59,006 nucleotides of DNA from Solirubrobacteraceae bacterium. Lineage in GTDB: Bacteria > Actinomycetota > Thermoleophilia > Solirubrobacterales > Solirubrobacteraceae. Below the pieces are notes generated by a model. It searched no databases. It had not been told where the DNA came from and saw only the letters and a program-made list of their open reading frames with translations. Positions 26,906 through 35,370 of this stretch are shown one piece after another (the first letter of the stretch is position 1; each line of letters begins with the position of its first letter). The position numbers and the translations under genes were made by a program. The stretch lies in contig JAXDGF010000035.1 in the NCBI GenBank assembly GCA_034665165.1, positions 1 to 59,006 of the forward strand. Direction: 5' to 3'.

Positions 26906-27913
26906 GAGCCGCCGCGCTGTCGCTAGTCGCCGGCTGGTGGACGGGGGTCCCCACTCGGCCTTCGGAGCCGGGGGCGAGGGCCTCGGCGCAGGAGGTCTTT
27001 GGCTGTGTCCGATTATTACTACGCTCAGCCCGGAACAGATGGCCGATGTCTGTCGAGCACTGCATCGGGCAACGGGCTGCTGACCATCCTCCGTACGTTG
27101 GCCAGATCCAGGATCCGACCTGATGAGCTGATCGCGCGCTTCAGAAGCGCGGCTTGGCGTGGCAAGGCCGGTGCGCTATCCAGCTCGTGCGAGAGCTCGC
27201 CATCATCCTGCCACATAGACCGCCCGGCCCCGGGGACACCGAGAGCAGTCCCGGGCCGCTCGCGCTGCGGCGGGGAGCAGTAGCCCAAGCAACGGTCGAG
27301 CTGTTTCCCTCCGGGAACATCCAAGAACCTCGCCCGCGGGCGTCGGCACGGCCGCGAGCCGCTGGACCTCGTCATGCGCCGCGAGATCGCACGACGAGGC
27401 CCAGAACTCTCATGCGACTCCCGGTGTCCATCAATGCGGCAGCGCTAGGGTCTAGCGCGACGCTGAGCGTCGCATCCGCACGGCGAGCATCACGGCTGAC
27501 GATCGAGGTCGGCGCTCTCGCCTCGGACGAGTTGCGACGGCGCCCACCTAGGCAGACCCGGCGGGCGGACCCTTCCGGCGCAGCGTTCGCTTGTGGCGGA
27601 CCGACTGCTGCATCCGTGACGGAGCAGCCATGCTGCGCGCCGTCGAACCGCTGCTCCTCTCGGACAACACCGGCCACTCTGCGTGACCCGCCGATCGCCG
27701 GAAAGAGGGCTCATCGGGAGAGTCGGCCAGCCCTGCACGCGCCTAGGCAAGATCGGTCTGCGGTCCGGGCGCCGCGCAATCCTGGGCACTCACCCGGATA
27801 GTGGCCTTTCGGTTGTGAGCATTGCGACAAAGACCGTTAGAGCTGGCGGGTGCGGTGGTCGTGTCTCGCCTCTTCGGATTGCCTTTCCTCCCCACCGGGT
27901 AGGTCCTGGATCG

Positions 27914-28447
27914 ATGTCGTCGCTTCCGCCCGACCCTCACGAGCCTCCGACTGCGGCAATGGGACCTCCCGGCCGGGTCGTTACGACTGACACTTCGCTG
28001 GTGTTGGCGAGCTTAGACGATGCGATACGTACGCTTCGCTCTGCGCTGGTTCTGGTTGGCCTCTTGGCGGTTGTGGCGCTCGGATTGGCGATTTACGTGT
28101 TGCTGCGACACGATCGCGATCCCGTCCGTTACGTCGGCTCGCAGCAGCGTGGCCTGGCGTCCGAGGCCGATGTCTCGAGGCTCGCGAGCCGGGTCAACCA
28201 CCTCGACGGTGCGCTGGCGGCACTTCGGTCCTCCGCGGGGGGCATCGGCTCGCTCCCAGCACGCGTAGGCACCCTTGAGCGCGCCGTGAAGCAGCTCGTG
28301 GCCCGACCCACGGGCACCAACTCGACACAGGCGATCGCCCAGCTCTCAAGCAGGGTCAACAAGCTGGCGAGTCAGGTATCCCAGCTCCAGTCGAACCAAA
28401 CGCAGACGCAGACCCAAACCACGACTACGACGACAAGTGGCGGCTAA
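27914..28447 (+). CDS. Single-TM membrane protein with a coiled-coil region and Q/T-rich tail
   Basis: MSSLPPDP..., TM ALVLVGLLAVVALGLAIYVLL, heptad-rich middle, QTQTQTQTTTTTT tail. Confidence 0.65.
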   Translation: MSSLPPDPHEPPTAAMGPPGRVVTTDTSLVLASLDDAIRTLRSALVLVGLLAVVALGLAIYVLLRHDRDPVRYVGSQQRGLASEADVSRLASRVNHLDGALAALRSSAGGIGSLPARVGTLERAVKQLVARPTGTNSTQAIAQLSSRVNKLASQVSQLQSNQTQTQTQTTTTTTSGG

Positions 28448-28970
28448 AGCCGCAAACAGGCTTTCCCGCGGCCGGGGTAGTTGATCCCGCCTCGCATTCG
28501 CGAGTTGATCGCCAGTGCGAGCTCGGCGAGGTTCTGCCCGCTCCACGGGTGCAGCCGCCAGCGCTTGATCGGGCGACGGTCGGCCTATCCTTGTAGTGGT
28601 TGCTGGGGATGATCCCGACTTCGTGATTACCGTCTTTCCGCACGAAGTTCAGCGCCTCTACCCTGATATGGGTATCACTGAGCCCTTGACCGCTGTCGCC
28701 GACCACGGTGAGCTCGATCGCGAACCGCTCCACGCCGCCGCGCAGTCCGCGCTGCGGCCCCCGATCACCTTGGCGGCGGCGATCCTTGCTCGAGCGGACC
28801 TGTCGATCCGCCCGTCGCCTGGTCAAATCGCAAGCGTCGACTCGCGGGCAGGCCGGAGCTATCCGGGGAAGGGATCCCGGCGGCAGGGTTCGTTGACGAC
28901 GGGCGTTCATGTCACGCGATAGCCGTGGTCTGCCGCTACACGCTCGGTACCGCACCGGCCGCCCGCATCA

Positions 28971-29057
28971 CGGAAGGTAGATGTGCTCGTTACCAGTCGC
29001 GAGCCGCTGCGCGTCAGCGGTGAGCATCGCCTCGAGGTACCGCCTTTGCCGCTTGCT
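28971..29057 (+). pseudogene. Internal fragment of a STAND/NB-ARC-type ATPase (COG3903/AfsR-LuxR type)
   Basis: Translates RKVDVLVTSREPLRVSGEHRLEVPPLPLA, the conserved LxTSREPL...GE....VPPL motif. No flanking domain is recognisable. Confidence 0.7.
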
Positions 29058-29500
29058 GTGGCGGTTCGTCCCTTGACCGCGGTTGTGGCGGCCTGAGCCG
29101 CGAGTCTCCATCGGTGCGCTCGGGTAACTGCGCGGGAGCACCGTCCAGACAAAAGCAGAAGCGGGTGGTGGTGGCCGAGGCGCAACGCCGGGTGAGGCAC
29201 GGATGGTTTCCGTCGGTGCTCCTCAGGAAGGCTCGCGACGTTCGGGCGGCGCTTAGCGACACCGCGTCTCCGGCCGCCGAGCTCGGAACGCCGGTGAGGG
29301 CTGACGCTCTCACCCAGACGTCGCCGAGGCGACCGTCCGCGGTCACAGGCCCGAGACGCACGAGCGATCGTCCGGGCCTACGGCGCCGGGTGAGCGCGTG
29401 TCGCCAAACGACAAGTTCTCTGTGAACGAGATGGGATCGTGGTGCTCGCAGGACCAGCTGGCCCGGACAGCACGACTTGCACCGGCGTACGCTTCAGTTG

Positions 29501-29932
29501 ATGCGGACGAATCGGTCAGCGCCCCTGGGTCCGGTGATTCCGGAACTCGCCTATCCAGATGTCGGCGCGGCCGTCGACTGGCTGGTCGATGCGCTGGGGT
29601 TCGTCGAGCGCGTCCGTATCGGGCCCGGACACCGGGCGCAGCTGAGTTTCGGCGAAGGGTCCCTGATCGTGGCCGACGTCGGTCACGGCCGATCGGCCCC
29701 GACCGGCGAGGAGTCCTCGCAGTCAGTGATGCTTCGGGTTGATGACGTCGCCGCCCTGTGCGACCGCGTCCGCAAGCACGGCGGCGAGATCGTCCGCGAG
29801 CCACACGATTTTTCGTATGGAGAGCGTCAGTGCACCATCCGCGACCCCGCCGGACATCGCTGGACGCTGACCCAGACCCTGCATGACGTCGCACCCGAGG
29901 AGTGGGGCGGCATCACGGTCGACGCGCAATAA
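29501..29932 (+). CDS. VOC/glyoxalase/bleomycin-resistance family protein
   Basis: VIPELAYPDV.AAVDWL..ALGF, VDDV, YGERQCTIRDPAGHRWT. Confidence 0.9.
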   Translation: MRTNRSAPLGPVIPELAYPDVGAAVDWLVDALGFVERVRIGPGHRAQLSFGEGSLIVADVGHGRSAPTGEESSQSVMLRVDDVAALCDRVRKHGGEIVREPHDFSYGERQCTIRDPAGHRWTLTQTLHDVAPEEWGGITVDAQ

Positions 29933-30130
29933 GGGCCGGACGCCGAGTCGACAGGCTGCCGTCCGCCTGACACCGGCAGCTTCCGCGCTTGGTCGCCGTT
30001 GTAATCGCGGGACAGGACAGAGTCCACAGGATCAAAGCAATCGTTCTACACGGAGCCCGAGCGGCGGCGGTTTCCGGATTCGGTCCCGACTCGATCAAGC
30101 CCGGGCGGCTGATGTCCGATCATTAAGGTA

Positions 30131-30511
30131 ATGCGCCGTTCTCGTCTGATCTGCCGCTTCGTTGTGCTCCTCGCGTGCAGCGTCGTCCTCGCCGGGCCGA
30201 TCGCGGTCGCCGCAGCGGCAGCCAAGCCAACCGTGACCTCGCTCCGGGCTCGGCGCGGCGCCGTGACAGTTCGGGTTAGTACGCCGGCGTCCGTGCGCGT
30301 ATCGATCTACGAGCCGGTGCCCGCCGGGTGCCAGAAGCCCTACTGCGCGGCGAAGCTGGTCACGTCGACGACACAGAAGGTCGGGGTCCACGGGCTGACG
30401 ATCGAGTTCGGTCAGGCGCTCCCGCGTGGCCGTTACCTCGTGGTCGCGATCGCCGTTGGTAAGCACGGATACGTCTCGCGACCCCGGTACGCAACGGTAA
30501 CTGTCGCGTAG
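30131..30511 (+). CDS. Small secreted beta-rich protein
   Basis: Signal peptide MRRSR..FVVLLACSVVLAG..AAAA, LPRGRYLVVAIA Ig-like tail, one Cys pair. Confidence 0.6.
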   Translation: MRRSRLICRFVVLLACSVVLAGPIAVAAAAAKPTVTSLRARRGAVTVRVSTPASVRVSIYEPVPAGCQKPYCAAKLVTSTTQKVGVHGLTIEFGQALPRGRYLVVAIAVGKHGYVSRPRYATVTVA

Positions 30512-30619
30512 TCCGGGTCGCGCCGGCCGCGTCACCGCAGGAGGCGCGTGGAGCGGGCGCCTGTACGACACGATCGCATTCGTGTTCGGCCGTTACCAGC
30601 TGATCGTGCCGCGCGGGCG

Positions 30620-30703
30620 CTACTTCCAGACTCGCACGTAGTCGATCGAGGTCGTAGCTGGAAGCGGGGTCGTGAGCGGGTTGAACGAGTTGGTGCCCTT
30701 CGA
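30620..30703 (-). pseudogene. 3'-terminal remnant of a GH16 glycoside hydrolase
   Basis: Minus strand SKGTNSFNPLTTPLPATTSIDYVRVWK*, the typical GH16 C-terminal P..M.IDYVRVW motif. Rest of the gene absent. Confidence 0.72.
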
Positions 30704-30804
30704 CCCCTCGCGCGTCCAGATCGTCGGGCTGGACAGCACGGATGCAGGCGCCGCGTCCGCAAGCAGCGCGTTGCCGAATCAGCGTTCGACTACGGTCCAG
30801 CAAG

Positions 30805-30821
30805 TACTATGCATCATAGTA
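30805..30821. promoter_or_regulatory. BlaI/MecI/CopY-type operator, copy 1
   Basis: TACTAT-gcatc-ATAGTA, a perfect inverted repeat with 5-bp spacer about 30 bp upstream of the 30852 start. Confidence 0.7.
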
Positions 30822-30851
30822 GATACTCGTCAAACCGGCCGGAGGGATCTT

Positions 30852-31217
30852 GTGCAGACCTACCAGATTCATGTCGCAGGGGCTCGCGACAGGGTGCATG
30901 CGATTCGGACTGAGCTGTTCGTCTTCCCCGAAATCCTTGAGGTGTTCGTCACAGGTAACCCGAACTCGCTCGTGGTTGTCTGCGCGGGTCGCCCGCGACC
31001 CGGCGATTGGATGCGCGCTATCCGCACGCTTGGCTATGAGGTGCTGGCCCGGCGACGTCCCACCACGACGGCGTTCGATGTTGATCTGACCCACAAGGCG
31101 GGCACGCCCGAGAACATACCGGGGTGCTCTCCAGCCGCGGCACGGCGGCGGCGACCGCGAACCACCAAGCAGGCCGGGAGGGTGATGACGACCGAATCGG
31201 CCGCCGGACACGAATAA
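30852..31217 (+). CDS. Small hypothetical protein, paralog A
   Basis: GGAGGG RBS plus GTG; MQTYQIHVAGARDRVHAIRTELFVFPEILEVFVTG..SLVVVCAGRPRPGDWMRAIRTLGY. Aligns with the 31647 ORF. Confidence 0.72.
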   Translation: MQTYQIHVAGARDRVHAIRTELFVFPEILEVFVTGNPNSLVVVCAGRPRPGDWMRAIRTLGYEVLARRRPTTTAFDVDLTHKAGTPENIPGCSPAAARRRRPRTTKQAGRVMTTESAAGHE

Positions 31218-31361
31218 TGATCGAGTTATGAGTGGAACCCCGCCTGTCGAGCTGCTGACCGTGTCGATCTAGCGCCGACTGGATGACGGCGCTCGAGTCT
31301 CATTGAGGACGACCCAGGAGGAGTTCCGCCGAGCGGCGTTCGGAGCCTCACGGGAGGGTCC

Positions 31362-31393
31362 GACTATGTGACGTAGTACGATCCGTCGTAGCA
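31362..31393. promoter_or_regulatory. Two overlapping BlaI/CopY-type operator copies (2 and 3)
   Basis: GACTAT-gtgac-GTAGTA (31362-31378) and TACGAT-ccgtc-GTAGCA (31377-31393). Confidence 0.6.
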
Positions 31394-31590
31394 TCTGTCC
31401 CGACCTCACTACGCACGGCACGTTGTCGTTGCGCTCCTGACGAGATGGCTGCGGTATGGCTGCACTCTGCTCGGACGGGCCATCCCGCCCGTATCTGGGT
31501 GCGCGGTCGCGGACGGCGACGTTGCTGTAGTGCAGGCTCAGCCAGGCGCGGAACGCCGACACGCGTGGCAGCAAGAACGCATCGGCGACC

Positions 31591-31607
31591 TACTATGAGC
31601 TGTAGTA
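31591..31607. promoter_or_regulatory. BlaI/CopY-type operator, copy 4
   Basis: TACTAT-gagct-GTAGTA, overlapping a TAGACT -10-like hexamer, about 40 bp upstream of the 31647 start. Confidence 0.7.
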
Positions 31608-31646
31608 GACTTGATCGATCACGCCAACTACTCAGGAGAATCGACG

Positions 31647-31907
31647 ATGCGCAGATGCGAGATGCGTTTCCTCGGCCTTGACGCTCGCTCCAATCGGGGC
31701 CCGATCCGATGGGAGCTGTTCATAGACCACGACCTCCGAGACGTGCTGATGACCTCACGCGACGACGCACTTTGCGTGGTGTTCCTCGGCGAGCCCCGGC
31801 TCACGGAGTGGACCCGGATCCTCACTGACGCAGGTTTCCCTGCGCCGGAGTTCGGCGGCCCTCCATCCGACGCCATCGACGAGAGTCTGTTCGACGCTGC
31901 GGCGTGA
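31647..31907 (+). CDS. Small hypothetical protein, paralog B
   Basis: AGGAG RBS; MRRCEMRFLGLDARSNRGPIRWELFIDHDLRDVLMTSRDDALCVVFLGEPRLTEWTRILTDAGF. Confidence 0.75.
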   Translation: MRRCEMRFLGLDARSNRGPIRWELFIDHDLRDVLMTSRDDALCVVFLGEPRLTEWTRILTDAGFPAPEFGGPPSDAIDESLFDAAA

Positions 31908-32002
31908 GCACGTCCGTCAGGCTCCCGTTCGCGAGTAGCGCCGAACGCGTGCCCCGCGAACGGTGCCGAACACGTGCCGTATCTGCCCACTCCCACACCT
32001 TT

Positions 32003-32074
32003 GTGCGGTTACCGAGTGGTGAGGCCGCGGCTGCAAAGCCGCGCCACGCGAGTTCGATTCGCCCCGGCGTTTCA
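32003..32074 (+). pseudogene. Degenerate tRNA-Cys(GCA)-like element
   Basis: CCGAGTGGTGAGGC D-arm, CTGCAAA anticodon loop (GCA at 32033-32035) within GCGG/GCCGC, GAGTTCGATTC T-loop, all resembling actinobacterial tRNA-Cys. Acceptor stem does not pair, and the anticodon and T stems carry small deletions. Confidence 0.75.
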
Positions 32075-32114
32075 CGAGAACACCTCTCTCTCTCAACAAC
32101 CGAACGGAGCCCCC

Positions 32115-32408
32115 ATGCCTCGGATCGTCATCCAAGCCATCCCACCCGACGGCGAGCGCGCTGACATCACGCTCAGTGAACGTGTCGCCGCCGCAAACCT
32201 CAACGCCCCCCACTACAGCGCCCAACTGCTGGAACGCCTTACATGGGCCACCGCTGACGCCGAGGCACTCGAGTCCCGTGCCCGGCCGCGCGAGCCGGGC
32301 GAGCGCCCGATTCCCTCCCCTCTCCTCGAACAGCGCACATCCGCACGCGATCTCGCGCGTCTCCAACGCGACGATCTACTTGCCGGACGACCTCAAGGCA
32401 GCGCTTGA
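32115..32408 (+). CDS. Small hypothetical protein; C-terminus runs into the vapB remnant
   Basis: GGAG RBS; MPRIVIQA...ITLSERV.AANL..PHYSAQLLERLTWATADAE. Confidence 0.7.
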   Translation: MPRIVIQAIPPDGERADITLSERVAAANLNAPHYSAQLLERLTWATADAEALESRARPREPGERPIPSPLLEQRTSARDLARLQRDDLLAGRPQGSA

Positions 32409-32580
32409 GCGCACCGCCGCGGCGCGTGGCACGAGCGAAGCGGAGATCGTCCGATCGGCCCTTGCGTCAGCGACCGCTGAACACACTTACCCGCCACCGA
32501 AGCTGCCACTGTTCGCGGGCGATGATCCAACGCTCGCTGAACGGGTCGATCAGGAGGTCGCCGAAGGCTTCGGCGAGTGA
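32371..32580 (+). pseudogene. vapB: RHH/CopG antitoxin (VapB-like) lacking its start codon
   Basis: TIYLPDDLKAALERTAAARGTSEAEIVRSAL...PKLPLF..DPTLAERVD....GFGE. No plausible start before TIYLP. Confidence 0.75.
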
Positions 32581-32824
32581 TCCTGCTCGACACCAGTGGG
32601 CTGCTCGCCGCGCTCCATTGACACCAATGTCCAGCACCGATGTGGGGCAGGCGCGCAAGATCATCAATCGTCACGCCGACCTCGGCATCAGCCTCGCGGA
32701 CGCCTCGATTGTCGTGCTCGCTGAACGTCACGACGTGCACGAAATCCTCACGCTCGACCAGCGGCATTTCCGAGTCCTCGCCGCCGCCGGAGAGCCATTC
32801 CGCGTCCTCCCTGCGGACGCTTGA
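32577..32824 (+). pseudogene. vapC: PIN-domain toxin (VapC) with internal deletion and frameshift
   Basis: GTG ILLDTSGLLAALH* (stop at 32619), then in another frame ..DLGISLADASIVVLAER....ILTLDQRHFRVL. The middle of the PIN domain is missing. GTGA overlap with vapB. Confidence 0.8.
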
Positions 32825-32953
32825 TCTTTCGCGGCCGTACCGACCAGACCGTAGGTCGACCCGGTGCATCGACCGGCTTGTGCCTAGAGGCGAGTAGGCT
32901 GCCGGGGTGCGCGGCTGGGGCGGCATCGATCGCCCCGTTCGATCACCAGTGCG

Positions 32954-35254
32954 CTAACCGCTGCCGGGCGTGACGCGGTAGGCGTCGAAGACCGCGTCGA
33001 TGTTGCGCAGGCGGTTGATGGCCTGGTCGAGCGTGCGGGTGTCCCCCACCTCGACGACGAAGCGGTTTCTGACCATCGGGTGATTGACGGCACAGTGGGC
33101 GTCGAGGATGTTGATGCCGGCCTCGGCGAAGGTACGGGACATGTCCTCGAGCAGGCGGTGGCGGTCCCAGCCGTCGACCTGGACCTCGACCCGGAAGGAG
33201 GTCTCGGCGTCGCCGTCCCAGCTGACCGAGGTGAAGCGGTCGGGGTCTTTCTTGAGTACGGCGACGTTGGGGCAGTCCTCGCGGTGAATGGTGATGCCGC
33301 GGCCGAGCGAGATGTAGCCGACGATGGGGTCGCCGGGGACGGGCAGGCAGCACTTGGCCATCCGGAGCATGACCTCGTCGATGCCGTCGACGGCGATTCC
33401 GTAGCGATCCGAGGACGTGGTGGGACGGTCACGGCGCCGCGAGGTCTTCATCAGGTCGTCGGCCGCGGTGGGCTCTGACTCGGCGGCCTCGCCCTGCTTG
33501 AGGCGCTGCATGATCTTGTTGACGACGATCTTGGGCGAGATCTTGGCGCCGCCGACGGCGATGTAGAAGTCCTCGGCCTTACGGAAGCCCATCTCGCGGA
33601 TGACGTCGGCGAGGAGCGGGGAGCCAACGATCTTCTGGGCCGGCAGGCCTTGCTTCTTGAGGTGCTCCTGGAGCATCTCGCGCCCGCTGTGCTCGGTATC
33701 GCGGCGCGACTCGGCCTTGTACCACTGCTTGATCTTGTTGCGGGCCCGCGTCGTCTTCACGAGCGCGAGCCAGTCGCGCGACGGTCCCCGCTCGCGCTTC
33801 GAGGTCAGGACCTCAACGATGTCGCCCGACCGCAGCTGGTACGACAGCGGCACGATCTTGCCGTTGACCTTGGCCCCGACGCAGCGGTGGCCGACGTCGG
33901 TGTGGATCTCGTAGGCGAAGTCGAGCGGCGTCGCGCCCGAGGCGAGGGACTTGACCTCGCCCTTGGGCGTGAAGACGAAGACGTCGTCCTCGAAGAGGTC
34001 GACCTTGAGCGTCTCCATGAACTCGCGCGGATCGGACATGTCCTGCTGCCAGTCCAGGAGCGAGCGCAGCCACTTGAGCTTGCCGTCCTGGTCGCGCGGC
34101 GCGGCGGCTCCGTCGCCCGAGCCCTCCTTGTACATCCAGTGGGCGGCGACGCCGAACTCGGCGAGGTCGTGCATCTCGCCCGTCCTGATCTGGATCTCGA
34201 GCGGCCTGCCCTCCGGTCCGATCACCGTCGTGTGCAGCGACTGGTAGAGGTTGAACTTCGGCATGGCGATGAAGTCCTTGAAGCGCCCGGGCAGGGGCTT
34301 CCACAGCGAATGGATCACGCCGACGGCGCCATAGCAGTCCTTGACCGAGGAGACGATGACCCGCATCGCCGTGAGGTCGTAGATCTCGTTGAACTCGCGC
34401 CCCTTCTTCGTCATCTTCGCGTAGATCGAGTAGAAGTGCTTGGCGCGTCCCGAGATGTCGGCCTCGATGCCGAGCTCGCCGAGCTCCTTGCTCAGGTAGT
34501 CGCCGGCCTGGGTGACGTAGCGCTCGCGCTCGGTGCGCTGCTGGGCCACGAGGCCCTTGATGTCGTTGTACTTGCGCGGGTGGAGGGTCTGGAAGGCCAG
34601 GTCCTCGAGCTCCCACTTGATGGCATGGATGCCCAGCCGGTGCGCGATGGGTGCGTAGATGTCGAGCGTCTCGCGCGCCTTGTCGATCTGCTTCTGCTTG
34701 GGCATGGCGCCGATCGTGCGCATGTTGTGGAGGCGGTCGGCGAGCTTGATGAGGATGACCCGGATGTCCGTGGCCATCGCCACCATCATCTTCCGGTAGT
34801 TCTCGGCCTGCGCCTCGTCGCGGGACTGGAACGTCAGCCCGGTGAGCTTGGTCACGCCGTCGACGAGCCCCGCGATCTCCTCGCCGAACGCCTCGGTCAC
34901 CTGCTCGAGCGAGGCTGAGGTGTCCTCCACGGTGTCGTGCAGCAGGGCGGCGCACAGCGTCTCGGTATCGAGCCGCATGCCGGCGCAGATCTTGGCCACC
35001 CCCACCGGGTGGTGGATGAAGCCCTCGCCCGAGCGGCGCAGCTGGTCGGCGTGATGTACGCACGCGTACACGAATGCCTCCTCGACCTTCTCCTGGTCGA
35101 TCGCCACCGCGGCCTGCTCGGCGTGCTCCTCGACGATCGCGAAGAGGTCGGCGAGCAGGCGGCGCTCCTCTTCGGTGAGCTCCGCGCGCTCGACGGGGAC
35201 GTCGGCTCTGTGGTCGACGCGATCGACCTGGCGCCAGGTGCTGGGAAGCAGCAT
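32954..35254 (-). CDS. rel: Bifunctional (p)ppGpp synthetase/hydrolase Rel (RelA/SpoT)
   Basis: HD domain (ALLHDTVED), KLADRLHNMRT, GRAKH, YQSLHT, EIQIRT, TGS, CC zinc and ACT domains. Start may be slightly downstream. Confidence 0.97.
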   Translation of the reverse strand: MLLPSTWRQVDRVDHRADVPVERAELTEEERRLLADLFAIVEEHAEQAAVAIDQEKVEEAFVYACVHHADQLRRSGEGFIHHPVGVAKICAGMRLDTETLCAALLHDTVEDTSASLEQVTEAFGEEIAGLVDGVTKLTGLTFQSRDEAQAENYRKMMVAMATDIRVILIKLADRLHNMRTIGAMPKQKQIDKARETLDIYAPIAHRLGIHAIKWELEDLAFQTLHPRKYNDIKGLVAQQRTERERYVTQAGDYLSKELGELGIEADISGRAKHFYSIYAKMTKKGREFNEIYDLTAMRVIVSSVKDCYGAVGVIHSLWKPLPGRFKDFIAMPKFNLYQSLHTTVIGPEGRPLEIQIRTGEMHDLAEFGVAAHWMYKEGSGDGAAAPRDQDGKLKWLRSLLDWQQDMSDPREFMETLKVDLFEDDVFVFTPKGEVKSLASGATPLDFAYEIHTDVGHRCVGAKVNGKIVPLSYQLRSGDIVEVLTSKRERGPSRDWLALVKTTRARNKIKQWYKAESRRDTEHSGREMLQEHLKKQGLPAQKIVGSPLLADVIREMGFRKAEDFYIAVGGAKISPKIVVNKIMQRLKQGEAAESEPTAADDLMKTSRRRDRPTTSSDRYGIAVDGIDEVMLRMAKCCLPVPGDPIVGYISLGRGITIHREDCPNVAVLKKDPDRFTSVSWDGDAETSFRVEVQVDGWDRHRLLEDMSRTFAEAGINILDAHCAVNHPMVRNRFVVEVGDTRTLDQAINRLRNIDAVFDAYRVTPGSG

Positions 35255-35370
35255 CGCTCGCGCCGAGCGCCCGTCCGAGCGCCCGTCTGGGCCGCCGCGG
35301 CCTCCCTGGCCGTCCGCGCGCCGATCGCCGGCTCCGCCCGCGACAGCGCTCGGCGCGGGCTTCGTCCGGC

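Noticed and set aside
26990-27900. Possible degraded gene or genes
   Set aside because: Protein-like stretches appear in shifting frames, but I recognise no family; needs blastx.
28450-28960. ORFs 28425-28955 (-) and 28596-28922 (+)
   Set aside because: No RBS or motif support; cannot tell which strand, if either, is coding.
32003-32074. Functional tRNA-Cys
   Set aside because: Acceptor stem cannot pair, T and anticodon stems have deletions, and there is no CCA; kept only as a pseudo/tRNA-like element.
22400-32900. Integron cassette array or prophage
   Set aside because: No integrase or phage structural genes, mixed gene orientation, and no clear attC RYYYAAC/GTTRRRY pairing seen.
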